From Octopus sinensis (lineage: Eukaryota), in the NCBI RefSeq assembly GCF_006345805.1, contig NC_042999.1, forward strand, positions 33,480,001-33,544,000: a stretch of 64,000 nucleotides of DNA, written 5' to 3'. Below the pieces are notes generated by a model that saw nothing but the letters and a program-made list of their open reading frames with translations, was not told the origin of the DNA and ran no database searches. Each line of letters opens with the position of its first letter. Position 1 is the first letter of the stretch. Of this stretch, positions 13,845 through 26,759 are shown piece by piece. The position numbers and the translations under genes are program-made.

Positions 13845-13897
13845 AATCTTTCAGTACCGGTTTCGGTCATTTTGAGACCTTTTCAACTGTAACGATT
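13845..13897 (-). ncRNA. Minimal type-I hammerhead ribozyme, U3-A8 variant
   Basis: Minus strand: AAUC-G-UU-A-CAG [stem I] UUGAAAA [core] GGUC-UCAAAAU-GACC [stem II] GAAA C-CG-G U A [palindromic ACCGGU stem III, GUA cleavage triplet] CUG-A-AA-GAUU [stem I]. Sense to the PLE ORF. Confidence 0.75.
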
Positions 13898-14533
13898 AAA
13901 TAATTAAATTTAGAAAAATTAGAAGAAAAGTTGTTTTTTTTTAATATTTCTGTAGTAGTGTTCAGATATAAGTAGCATTCTGCCTTTCTCTGACTCCCTT
14001 GTTTGCACTTGTGTGTTCGAGGTCGTTTTGAGTTCTTAGTAGGATAGGTGAAGAATAATGAGGCTGATGTGGAGAGGGGGTGGGGAAATCTGGGAATGCC
14101 TTAATGGTCGTATTTTGAATGGTCAGTTGCTGACAGTAGTCGCAGTTCAATTCCGGAATTGTTTATGGAATTTGCGTAGGCGTTATACTGAAAGACATTA
14201 GTGACAAGGTTATGGGGTGGAAGGCGGAGAAGTAGAAGAAGAAGAAGATGACGATGTTGATGATGATGATGATGATGAAGAAGAAGAAGAAGAAGAAGAA
14301 GAAGAAGAAGAAGGAGAAGGAGAAGATGGTGGTGATGATGGTGGTGATGATGATGACGACGATGATGATGATAATGATGATGATGAAGAAGAAGAGGAAG
14401 AAGAAGAAGAAGAAAAAAAACAGAGAAGGGAGAATATGAATGGGTGTAAGTGATGGGGCTGATTAGTAGTGGATTCTATGGAGTGTAATATTTGTGTGTG
14501 TATATATTTCTTTTATTCTAAAGTTGAGGTACA

Positions 14534-15295
14534 TTAATTGTTTGTCGTAGACCCGTTAAGAAGTGGCTTGTATTTTGTAATAATGAGATTTTCTTTACTT
14601 ATTCGTTGTCTCGAGGTTGTATCGTCCCTAAATTGGTAGAGGGGGAAAATTCTGAAGTTTGGTGTTTTTTTGTTGGCGCAAGTATCTATGTGTTGGCTAA
14701 AAGCTATTTTTCTGTTTTGGGGAATTTTTATCTGGGATCTGTGCAGGGCCATTCGTTTACGCAAACCATTTTTTGATTGGCCTATGTACTGCTCTTGACA
14801 CCCGGAGCAGGTTAGTGAGTATGTTAGGTTCTCCGAAGCACATGTGAAGTTGCTTTTCACTGTAAACCGTTGTCCCTGTTTGAAGGAGAACTCTGATCCC
14901 TCAATTAGATAGTCGCATATCCCGCAATTGGGTCTTCCACATTTTTTTACTGTCGGCTTCTGTGTTGAAGAGTGAATTCGGGCTTGTGTAAGGAGACTTT
15001 TCATGGATCTAGGCTGTCTTTTGCTTTTTATGATTGTGTGTGTTTGGAGGATTGTGTTCATTCTGTGGTCTTTTTTTAGGGGGGGTATGTTGTGGAGGAT
15101 GGTGTCGAAGGCTTCGTTATTGAGAGGGTTGTGTGTGGAGATGTATGGTAAGGCTTTTGGTTGTAAGATTTTCTTTGATTTGGGATGTCTCAGTTCCTTG
15201 ATGTTAAGTTGAAGGGCACGTTGAATGCACTTGTCAATAAGTGAAGGTGGATAGTTCCTGGTGATAAGGATATCTTTTAGTTCTTGTAGTCGTGT
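14534..15295 (-). pseudogene. PLE ORF C-terminus (linker + GIY-YIG endonuclease), open but 5'-truncated
   Basis: ORF track 14534..15307. The first codons (MSQF) come from the inverted arm, so the listed start is not the native one. Confidence 0.85.
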
Positions 15296-16667
15296 GAACT
15301 GAGACATCCCAAATCAAAGAAAATCTTACAACCAAAAGCCTTACCATACATCTCCACACACAACCCTCTCAATAACGAAGCCTTCGACACCATCCTCCAC
15401 AACATACCCCTCCTAAAAAAAGACCACAGAATGAACACAATCCTCCAAACACACACAATCATAAAAAGCAAAAGACAGCCTAAATCCATGAAAAGTCTCC
15501 TTACACAAGCCCGAATTCACTCTTCAACGCAGAAGCCGACAGTAAAAAAATGTGGAAGACCCAATTGCGGGATATGCGACTATCTAATTGAGGGATCAGA
15601 GTTCTCCTTCAAACAGGGACAACGGTTTACAGTGAAAAGCAACTTCACATGTGCTTCGGAGAACCTAATATACTCACTAACCTGCTCCGGGTGTCAAGAG
15701 CAGTACATAGGCCAAACAAAAAATGGTTTGCGTAAACGAATGGCCCTGCACAGATCCCAGATAAAAATTCCCCAAAACAGAAAAATAGCTTTTAGCCAAC
15801 ACATAGATACTTGCGCCAACAAAAAAACACCAAACTTCAGAATTTTCCCCCTCTACCAATTTAGGGACGATACAACCTCGAGACAACGAATAAGTAAAGA
15901 AAATCTCTTTATTACAAAATACAAGCCACTTCTTAACGTGTCTACGACAAACAATTAATATACCTCAACTTTAGAATGAAAGAAATATATACACACACAA
16001 ATATTACACTCCATAGAATCCATTACTAATCGGCCCCATCACTTACACCCATTCATATTCTCCCTTCTCTGTTTTTTCTTCTTCTTCTTCTTCCTCTTCT
16101 TCTTCATCATCATCATTATCATCATCATCATCGTCATCATCATCACCACCATCATCACCACCATCTTCTCCTTCTTCTTCTTCTTCTTCTTCTTCATCAT
16201 CATCATCATCAACATCGTCATCTTCTTCTTCTACTTCTCCACTTTCCACCCCTTAACCTTGTCACTAATGTCTTTCAGTATAACGCCTACGCAAATTCCA
16301 TAAACAATTCCTGAATTGAACTGCGACTACTGTCAGCAACTGACCATTCAAAATACGACCATTAAGGCATTCCCAGATTTCCCCACCCCCTCTCCACATT
16401 AGCCTCATTATTCTTCACCTATCCTACCAAGAACTCAAAACGACCTCGAACACACAAGTGCAAACAAGGGAGTCAGAGAAAGGCAGAATGGTACTTATAT
16501 CTGAGCACTACTACAGAAATATTTTTTTAAAAAAACTTTTCTTCTAATTTTTCTAAATTTAATTATTTAATCGTTACAGTTGAAAAGGTCTCAAAATGAC
16601 AGAAACCGGTACTGAAAGATTCACTATAAAATCATCTTAGCATTTTCTATTTTTGACTTGTTTTTTC

Positions 16668-16670
<3 letters not shown>
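15296..16670 (+). mobile_element. Penelope-like retroelement, 5'-truncated; right arm of palindrome
   Basis: Reverse complement of 13797-15196. The frame is open from 15296 (ELRHPKSKK..) to the stop at 15958 and contains GIY-YIG. Confidence 0.9.
16569..16621 (+). ncRNA. Hammerhead ribozyme copy, U3-A8 variant, stem II closing pair broken
   Basis: Same as 13845-13897 except GACC>GACA at 16601, which disrupts G10.1-C11.1. Confidence 0.65.
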
Positions 16671-16735
<65 letters not shown>

Positions 16736-16739
<4 letters not shown>

Positions 16740-16911
16740 ACGGGCTTCTTTCAGTTTCTGTCCACCAAATCCACTCAAAATGCTTTGGTCGGTCTGAGGT
16801 CTGAGGCTGCAGGAAAAGTCAATTGCCCAAGATATCACGCAGTGGGACTGAACCCGGAACTATGTGATCGGCAACCAAGCTACTCACCACACAGCCACTC
16901 CTGCGCCTATA
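16736..16911 (-). mobile_element. SINE family 1, 5' half
   Basis: Reverse complement of TAGGCGCAGGAGTGGCTGTGTGG..GAAAGAAGCCCGTC. Ends in the (TA)n that abuts the PLE. Confidence 0.85.
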
Positions 16912-18223
16912 TATTTACATTTACTGTTTGATTTTAAAGTCTTCTCTTATTTTCGTTTTCTATTCTATCTTGAACACATTCTCTTATCTATTGTACACAC
17001 CGATTATATTCTCTGTGATTCATATTTTCCCTTCTCTGTTGCTGTCCTGTGCTTGTTCTGATTATTCGATCCACTGCTTCTCTTTACGCCCTTACCTTTG
17101 GACTCACCTTCTGTAATTTGTTAGCTTACGTCGTCTATGATCCATGTGTTATGAACAAATATCAATTTTGAAGCGAGCGGACTTTAAATAATTGCGCTTA
17201 CACACATGATTTAAGTGTAGGGTGATATAAATATTTAGTCAAATAAAAAAACTACATATTTTTAATATTTATATGAAAACTGCTAACTCCACAACTATCA
17301 GCAGCTACACTACCATCACCACCACCACCACCTCTTTCACCACTACCATCGTCGTTATAGTTTTCAATAACAAAGCTCAGTTTAAGTTGTTTACCAAGAT
17401 CATTTTCATTATTTTTTAAATTCATTTCAGTTCAGTTATTTTTTGTGTGTTTACATTTCATTCTGCCATTGTATCTATCTCTAGTCTGACAATACAAATT
17501 TCGAATAACAAATTTCCAAAAAAATCTACGGCTAGATTACTAATCTATTTCAATTTCATAGAAAAAATATAGCTTTCTATGTATTATAAATTTATCATTA
17601 TCTTTCATATAAGGTTTCTTTTTTTCCCTCTAGCCATCGATGTATTTCTCAATGTTGACAGACAGAAAAATGGATCGACAGGCAGAAGATATAAAAAATT
17701 TAATATTAAAAGGTTTTTCTTGTCGGTCATTATAATAAATGATTCCATTCTGCTAAACACCGCCTATTTCTCTCTATATTTTCTCTCTACCTTCTATTTC
17801 AGCAAAGTTTTTCAGCATGTCATTCCTCTATTCAAGCCGTTACCATTTTACTCTCTTTTTTTTAATCTCTCACGTGACAGCGTAATGCATCAGCTGGCAT
17901 ATCGTCACTGCTATCTGTCTCTCACTTTCGCTATAACTCCATCTTCTCTCCCTTTCTATCTGCCTTTCTTTAATCTCACCATTACAACATCATCCCTCTG
18001 CTAGAGGCATGCGTTTCTAACTATCCTTCTCCATAGTTCTTCCTCCAACTGACTTTTTAACCACATAATAACTGTTACTTTCCCCTGCCTTACCTCCTTA
18101 ACTCTTCTTTCAAACTCTTTTTTCTCTCACTCTTGGTTTCAATCTTCACCTAACTGTGTGACAGCATAGCACATTTGGCCTTAGCTTATTATAATATTCA
18201 AACATCCTATGTACGTATGTATG

Positions 18224-18280
<57 letters not shown>

Positions 18281-19504
18281 CCTCTCTCTCTCTTTCAATC
18301 TATCTATCTATTTGCATGCATGTACGTACGTATGTATGCATGCATGTATGTATGTATAGATGTATGGATGGATGGATGGATGGATGGATAGATGGATGGA
18401 TAGATGGATAGATGGATGGATGGATGGATATAGCCATACAGCACTCTCGGCATATCTTGAGCTGCTCATTTTAAAGGTATATGTTCAATACGCACAGTAG
18501 AATAATCATTAGCGTTTATATTCTTTATTTGTTACATTCTCCTTCATATTTTTCTTTTTGATATTTCTTTTTAAAGAAGTTTAGATCAAAGCTGTATGAG
18601 ACACTGTATATTTTGGTTTCAAAACAGAGCCTTTAGCAATGAAATCGCCAAGAAAATATTTATTATATATATATATATATATATATGAAAACGTAGTTTT
18701 AAATTTCCGGACGTGCCAAAAACTGTGGCCAATTTCACTTGGAAAGCTTCTTTCTCAGATTCCCCCCAATCTGAACGCTCAATTCTATCATTAATAAGCC
18801 TGTCAAATCTTTATTTAAGGAAAATTCAAATCGACTACACAAACATTTGTAAGATCGTTCAATACAAGTCAATATTCGATCGTAGAACGCTTTAATGAAA
18901 TTAGGAAAATACTATACTTAGTAGATTCGTCACCTTACCTTGATTAAATAATTGTTCTGTACTCGACTTGCAAGAGTAGACTTGCTACCAGATCCTTCCT
19001 GAGTAGAGTTGTCAGAAGAGATGACAAGTTTATTCTCTATATTCATATTTAATGAAAATGATAAACAGTATCGTCTAACGTAAAATTAAAGCAATAAATA
19101 CATCATTACACACAAAATTGCCAAAGGCGCCATAGTAGGTGAATCATAAAGAGTGTTGCTGTTGATCCAAAATGAATATCTACGTATTGTCGAAGTTATT
19201 TCCGATAAGATTCAGCCTCAAAATATAAGTTCTGCCTCATATTTTAATTTTTCTGACTTCTATGTATCTACCATCCTCTTACAACCTTGCAATATCATAA
19301 GACGGAAGATGGCTTATTAACTGTAAGAATCTTGAAATTCAACCGGACTTTCTTTCCAACTATATGTATAGTTGGAATTATTTAAGTCCAACTAACTGAC
19401 CCCACTACTTACTTTCTATTTAAGACTGTTACTTATTATATTGATATCTTTTGACGAACTGCTACAAAACGGAGACGCAAACACGCCAATACTTATTTCT
19501 TATT

Positions 19505-19890
19505 TCTTACTTCTTTATTGCTCACAAGGGGCTAAACAGAGAGGAGGGAACAAACAGGGACAGACAAAGGGATTAAGTCGATTACACTGACATCAGTGCG
19601 TAACTGGTACGTAATTTATCGACCCCGAAAGGATGACAGGCAAAGTCGATCTCGGCGGAATTTGAACTCAGAACGTAACGGCAGACGAAATACCTATTTC
19701 TTTATTACCCACAAGGGGCTAAACACAGAGGGGACAAACAAGGACAGACATAGGTATTAAATCGATTAATTCGACCCCAGTGCCTAACTGGTACTTAATT
19801 TATCGACCTCGAAAGGATGAAAGGCAAAGTCGAAATACCGCTAAGCACTTCGCCCGGCGTGTTAACGTTTCTGCCAGCTCACCGCCTTCT
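19505..19890 (-). mobile_element. SINE family 2 partial tandem dimer
   Basis: Two consecutive units, 19692-19890 (with an internal deletion) and 19505-19691, joined at GAAATAGGTATTTCG. Confidence 0.85.
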
Positions 19891-19989
19891 TATGCTAACA
19901 ATACTGCAAACACGCCAATACTGGTGGTAAAAAGGCATTGGGGGTTACACACATAACCAAATGCAAAGACACACACATATGTATTTTCA

Positions 19990-20135
19990 AAGAGCTATTT
20001 TCAGTCTCAGTCTAGTAAATCCACTCACTAGGAATCGGTTGGCCCAAGAATAGAGTAGACGACACTCACTCAAGATACCACGCAGTGGGAGTGAACTCGG
20101 AACCATGTGGTCGAAAAGCAAACGTCATAAAACCT
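19990..20135 (-). mobile_element. SINE family 1, degenerate 5' part
   Basis: AAATCCACTCAC..GATACCACGCAGTGGGAGTGAACTCGGAACCATGTGG. Confidence 0.7.
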
Positions 20136-20335
20136 AGCTGCACGTGTTGTAAGAAGGTGCCATTTGTTTTCATATTCAGTAATAATAACAAATATTTTAT
20201 ATAGTTCTGACGGATTCCAATATATTTTGCAGGGTACTACTTAATTATTTTTTTACAAGAATACTCTATACATACATGCATATATATATATATATACGCA
20301 TACACATATATATACACATATACATATACACACAT

Positions 20336-20405
<70 letters not shown>

Positions 20406-20408
20406 TTG

Positions 20409-20468
<60 letters not shown>

Positions 20469-20759
20469 TATAGTTTATGTGAAATATATGTGTATATTTA
20501 AATATATGCACACAAAGGTCCAGAGACACAAGCATACCCACATTTACGCTTATATCATAATGTGAGCCTGTTTACATTTCAATGAGCATAGAAATTTGTC
20601 CTTATGTCAGTAAACATGATTTTTTTACATCCAACGGAAGTAATACGCATGATACCGATAAAATTAAAATCATAGGGCATGATGTCAACACACGCAGCAA
20701 TGTTATGAACGACTGTCAAGAATAGAAAAAAATTGGCTTTATGCGTTTTGCTTTGTGCA

Positions 20760-20827
<68 letters not shown>

Positions 20828-20929
20828 GAGAATTGCAGAAGCGTAGAAAACAAAATCTGAAGCAGTTCCGAGGATTAATCCCCATCATAGTAGCGACAGG
20901 AAATTCAGTAAGAGGAGGTAGAACAAGTT

Positions 20930-21130
20930 AAGACAGCACCCATGCAGTTCCCAGGCTGAGTATAGCATGGATGAAGACTATTTACGAAATATTAGAAGAG
21001 AATTGGGTTTCATTTCATTTGAGCATATGGGACCTCATGGAAAGTATGTCGCTGTTATTTGGAAGGAAGAACTGAATTACAGGGACTCACCTGATTTGGA
21101 GGGGATTTGGAGTGAACGAGTTCTTTGAAG
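20930..21130 (+). pseudogene. Possible apurinic-endonuclease (APE) LINE remnant
   Basis: Frame QAEYSMDEDYLRNIRRELGFISFEHMGPHGKYVAVIWKEELNYR..SERVL* loosely resembles the N-terminal APE motifs of L1/Tx1 elements. Judged by eye only. Confidence 0.3.
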
Positions 21131-22007
21131 ACATACCTGGAGACTGCGTTCTGATAAAAAGCATGTTATAAGATCATGAATCCTCAACTGAAAGAATTGT
21201 TTACTTCTAGGTCACAAACGTTGCTTTCACCCTTCACATATATATATACATACATACAAAACAATAACAGACGATGGATAACTGTTAGCTAGTTACAATT
21301 GTTTCTTACGCATCTTTTTTAATTGAAGAATGAGAACATTATTCCGTTACAAAAAAACTGTAATCTTCAGATGAAAAGTAATTTTAAAAGCAAAAGAATA
21401 TCACGAGAATACAGAAAGGATATGGCTGAAATCTGTTGAGGCCAACTATGAAATGGAAGAATGACCAACAAAGTTGGCCGTCCTGGTTAATTATATAGTT
21501 TCTGAAAGTGTGCAATATATTTACGGTCAGAAATCCGCGTGGGATAAGAGTCTGCTAGACTGGCTTTAGGTAAATTGGAGTGAGGTGTAGATAATATTTT
21601 ATTATAGTAGGTTTATAGCAGGGTGTAGCTGCGAGAGGACCTCAGATTATACCAACAACGTGCAATACAACGTAATGCATGCTTTGGACCAGCCCCTAGG
21701 CGCTAAATACTCATTGGATCGGTTTTCTCTGAGTACACAACCGGAATATCCTGTTTCGTACTAAACAACCATCGGTCGGAACCACAGCTTTACCCAACCC
21801 TGCTTGATGCATATCTTTTCAAATATCTGAGGCCTTATTTTACTATATATATAGTTATAGGCGATGGCCTCGCGGAGCTGATTAACGGCAGCATTCGTCC
21901 TCTTACTCTGGACTGCCACGTTAGGTTGGCGATAAATATTAATACCCAGTACTGCTGCCGTATCTCTCCTTTACAGAGATTTAGAAATAATATTAATAAT
22001 AATGATG

Positions 22008-22099
<92 letters not shown>

Positions 22100-23906
22100 T
22101 AAATATATGCATATGATGTGCGTGTGTATGTGTCTGTGTTTGTGTGTGTGCCTTGACTACTTTAGAACAACAGTTTTCACAATAATACATGGCGCAAATG
22201 TTCACTAAATACCCTCTTTTCCTGTATCACCAACATTGAAGCTTCGAATTTAATGCAAATAATCAAAAGGCATGGTGTTCTCGTTGCCTTAGCCACCAAA
22301 CAGTGATTCTGATATTGCAGCCTTTTTAACTGATATCATGTTTAAAATCCCTTGGCCTGTGATGGAAAGTATCTAGCCACATATTGAAAAGTCAGTTTTG
22401 TCCAGGAACTCCATCGCATCTTCCATAAAAATCCTGGCAAGTCAATTTTAGCCAAACTTCCGTTCGAATCAGTAATTAGACGTGTGGTGAAGGGAGACAT
22501 TAGGCCCATATTTAATGAGTCACGGGACACCTTGTAATTTGGTTGAAGCACTTACTGAAATAACTCGAGCACCCTGACGAGTCCAATATTCTGTTGTTCT
22601 TCCTTGAGAATTTATTTCCAGCAGGAAAAAGTGGAGAAGAATTCTGACATATGTTTCTGTTCCAGCCCCACGGAATTCCTCAATATGATGCAGCTTATTT
22701 TCTATGATGATCCAGGTGGTATTGAAAAATGTCTCCTCAATTCTCCGTAATTTATTAGGGTCAAAGTAACAGCCTACATTGAAAAATCGAGATCATTGTC
22801 TAGAGGCAGCTGCTCGGGCGAGGCTGTACCGGATCCAGCGAAACAATGCTCCTTCTCACACAACCCCTTCTGATTTAATTACCCATAGATACGAGTCTGA
22901 GAAGTTCTTTAGAAGATCAATACGCATACCAATAATATCAGGGACTCTTTGATTTCTGGTAATATGGACGGGATAGCAGACATTAACAAATTATCATCTT
23001 ATATGCACATTTAGTCGATTCTGATGCAGTGTAGTGGCAGAAATCGATGCAGATGGTGGATTTATCGAATACAGTTTTACTTTGTGTATGTAAGTATACG
23101 CATACCAATTTGTATAAGAGTATATTGCTTTCTTTTCACTAATTATTTTCGATTTCCTTCAATTAAGTTTTGTTTTCAAATAGCAGGTGCACCCTGTATA
23201 TTGTTAGATAGACGTGCGATTGTGTATGCGTTTATGATTGCGTATACATAGTGATATAAATAGCAATATTTAAAAGTGTGATTTAAAATATATACAATGA
23301 TTATGGGATCTGTAAGATGTTAGTTCTGATTTTGATGTTGATTGCAACAGAAAGGAAAAATCATTAACGCACCGTGTGTTAACTTTACAATGTAAAACAA
23401 AGTAACAACACGCAATACAGAAGAAATAATAAATCAGATACGTGGAAAGGAATTTTATATTGTGTTTAATCTAGGATTCGAATGAAATTGGAATTGAATA
23501 AATAATATAAAATATTTTTTAAACACAACCAGAAGAAAATATACAAGACATTCAACAACAACTTTAATAACAATTATTTAAAACAAACATTCATTGAAAT
23601 AACATCGGCGGTAATTTTTTAACGATCAAAGATTATTCATATGTTCTTATATCTGACGACTGTTAAATATTAGCCGATAAATCGATATAAGTATTATCAA
23701 TATTTATATATAAATTATGTTAATGTGCGGACGCTTGGAAGATTAACAAAGTAGAAAAATATGTCTTAATTCTCTTCATATAACAGAAAATATTACAAAT
23801 TGTACATGTGTTAAAAGTTCTGTATGTACTCACAAATCATTCAAAAGCAACCATATATATACACATATATACATATATATGTGTGAGTGTGTGTGTGTGA
23901 GTATAC

Positions 23907-23948
<42 letters not shown>

Positions 23949-24438
23949 GTATGTATGTATGTATTATGTGTATATAAATATATAATTGCAGAAAAGTTCA
24001 CCAGAGTGTAAAGAATTGAAACATGGGAGAAGGTCAATAATGATAATAAATATATATTAATGTGAAACTTCACGAATTGCCATGTGATCTGAGTTTCACT
24101 GTTAGAAGATTGACATCAGTCATGTGTGCGTGTGTGTGTTTTGTGTGTGTATTTGTGTGCGTGTGTGTGTGTGTGTGTATTTATGTATTTATTCATTCAC
24201 TGAAATGCGATAAATGAAAAAGTTTAATACGGAAGTGTAGTACATTCCTTAATATATTGGATGTGAAAGGATTTACATGTTTCCCGTCATTCAGCTTCTA
24301 ATCCGCCTGTTTTCATTTAAAATATCTTTTGTTTGAATATGAATTAATATTGTACCGCGAAATTTTGAAGAAAATCGCTTATTTTCATTTTCTTTTATAT
24401 AATGTCAAGAACATTGCATATATACATATCAATATCAG

Positions 24439-24480
<42 letters not shown>

Positions 24481-25162
24481 AACAAACACAGGCATACACA
24501 TTTATATAAACAATGCCTATATATGTGTACGAATACATACATATGTTTTTGATTCTAAGTGCATATGTCATAGAATATGTACTAATCTGATAAAAAATGA
24601 TCAAGAAATTATTGAAGGTTCATTGATTCCGTTGTGATATTATAAATGCATATTTTCACCTTTAATCTTTTAAAGGAAAATAAAATGCCTTACCAGAAAC
24701 GCATATACTGCTTAAAATATCTATTGAATCACGCATGCATTTCTATACGTATATCCATATGAATATATCCTTACATATACATATATAATCCTACACTTAT
24801 ACACATATAGAACATGCATTTAGATGTTTTTTGTACAAAACGGAGAGAGAGAGAGAGAGAGAGAGGGGCAGAAACAGAGGCAGAAAGAGACGAAGACGTA
24901 CAAACTGACATACAGAGGCAGTAAGATACAAAGTCAGACAGAAAAAAAAAACGAGATGTGGAGAAGAATTTCGCAAACGTGAAAACAATACTATTGGGAA
25001 AATAGTCGACAACTCTCACCGCTTTTGAAATTGAGTTATAAAATATATTTTAGAATTTTAATGTATTTTTAATAATCACAGTTTTCTACTCTTTGACTTT
25101 TCTTGAAGCAACAACTCTGCAGGTAAATCTGCAAGTAGTCGTTGGTGATGTTCGTGTTATTG

Positions 25163-25616
25163 TTTCTTCTTCCTTTTCTTATTCTTTCTTCTTCTTCTTC
25201 TTCTTCTTCTTCTTTTCTTCTTCCTTTTCTTCTTCTTCTTCTTCCTTTTCTTCTTCTTCCTTTTCTTCTTCTTCCTTTTCTTCTTCTTCTTTTTCTTCTT
25301 CCTTTTCTTCTTCTTCTTCTTCCTTTTCTACTTCTTCCTTTTCTTCTTCTTCCTTTTCTTCTTCTTCTTTTTCTTCTTCCTTTTCTACTTCTTCTTCTCT
25401 GCTTCTTCTTCTTCTTCTTCTTCCTTTTCTTCTTCTTCCTTTTCTTCTTCTTTTTCTTCTTCCTTTTCTACTTCTACTTCTTCTTTTCTACTTCTTCTTC
25501 CTTTTCTTCTTCTTCTTCTTCTTCTTCTTCTTCTTCCTTTTCTTCTTCTTCTTCTTCTTCTTCTACGACTACTTCTCCTACTACTTCTTCTTCTTCTTTT
25601 CTTGTTCTTTTTCTTC

Positions 25617-25692
<76 letters not shown>

Positions 25693-25755
25693 TTTTATTA
25701 TTATTATTATTTTAATTATTATTATTATTATCATTATTATCATTGTTGTTGTTAC

Positions 25756-25805
<50 letters not shown>
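25163..25805. repeat. ~460 bp (TTC)n/(TTCTTCTTCCTT) tract fused to (ATT)n
   Basis: Direct reading. Explains the low-complexity ORFs at 25093-25897. Confidence 0.95.
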
Positions 25806-25806
<1 letters not shown>

Positions 25807-25990
25807 ATGTTTGACTATTGATTTGTATTTGTACAATTTGACTCCGAGTGTCACGCATAGAACGCAAAAGACAAGTCAGACGGTGAAATTGGTATGATGA
25901 CTAGGGTACCATATATTTGGCTTTGCGTAAAGTATTGTCCTAAGGAATGTTTAAGAAAACAAAAAAAAATATAATTTTGTTTCAAAATTT
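25806..25990 (-). mobile_element. 3'-end stub of a (TAA)-tailed retroelement, probably a Dong-like LINE 3' UTR
   Basis: Homologous to 27610-27700, 40322-40500 and 41720-41890. All abut (ATT)n on the same side. Confidence 0.55.
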
Positions 25991-26074
25991 TGGAATTTGG
26001 AACAACACACAGTATTTTACGTAGAATATGAGCAGTTCACATCTGCACTAATTTTTTTTGAATTTCTGCCATTT

Positions 26075-26752
26075 TTATACTTCCTGTTGAGATACTTTGT
26101 AGGCGCAAGAATACTGCACATTGAGACAACATGATCAATGGTTTCATTTGATAGATTACATACATGACAGGTTGGACTATTGTCACACCTTAATATGTTG
26201 ACCTAGTAGCTCCTTGTAGGTTGGCATTGTTGTTGGGCTGATATGATACTCCCCTCTGTCTCCGACTTTAAGCCAGAAGTCACTAAGCATTGATGGGTAA
26301 GGACCTTGTCAAAATCAGCATTAGCAGCTCTCTTTGGGTATTTGTCATTAAGAGGCTTTCCTTGCCATTTATCAGTAAGAATATCTAAGGCAGCAGTTTT
26401 AGCAAGGGTTTTCTTACACTTAGCCTCTTGTGTGCTTGTTTCCAGTACGTCTAATTCTGGGATTTGTTGTATATGGAACTCTCTTAGATATTTCTTTGCC
26501 TTTTTTGAGACTGAGTATGATGTTTACTTGATTTCATGATGTAAGACAAGTTTTAACATCCAATCTTCAGAGTTTCTCAGGTCGATGTTTAGGCCAATTT
26601 TGGAAATGCTCATTGTTAAATCTAGTTGTAGAAGTCCACGGCCGCCCTCTTTTCGTAGCAAGTAAAGTAGTTCTATATCTGCCTTAAGGTAGTGCATTCT
26701 ATGCATTGCCAACAATTTTCTTCATTTTCTGTTAAGGTTACAGATTTCAGTT
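26075..26752 (-). pseudogene. R4/Dong-like LINE fragment A (RT C-terminus to CCHC knuckle)
   Basis: RKLLAMHRMHYLKADIELLYLLRKEGGRGLLQL.. / KWQGKPLNDKYP.. TSGLKSETEGSIISAQQQCQPTR.. CHVCNLSNETIDHVVSMCSILAP. Collinear with the element at 33270-37200. Confidence 0.85.
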
Positions 26753-26759
26753 GATAATT

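Larger units (their letters stand above)
13755..15295 (-). mobile_element. Penelope-like retroelement (Neptune-type), 5'-truncated; left arm of palindrome
   Basis: Encodes the RT C-terminal/thumb end, a Cys-rich linker CGRPNCGICDY and GIY-YIG LTYSLTCSGCQEQYIGQSKNGLRKRMALH, followed by a 3' region with GAA/GAT repeats and a hammerhead motif. Confidence 0.9.

Noticed and set aside
17579-18170. 141-aa hydrophobic ORF
   Set aside because: T-rich composition explains the hydrophobicity. No recognisable motif; it is probably ancient repeat-derived sequence.
24270-24300. Minus-strand CUGAAUGA-CGG-GAAACAUGUA
   Set aside because: No stem II can form and stem I does not pair. At best a deleted remnant.
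25053-25122. Signal-peptide-like mini-exon NFNVFLIITVFYSLTFLEATTLQ between TTTTAG and CAG|GTAAAT
   Set aside because: No in-frame ATG and no partner exon identified. Such splice-like pairs arise often in AT-rich DNA.
25093-25897. Long poly-S/F/L/Y/I ORFs (also 29060-29833, 14217-14453, 40020-40377)
   Set aside because: Stop-free frames of trinucleotide repeats.
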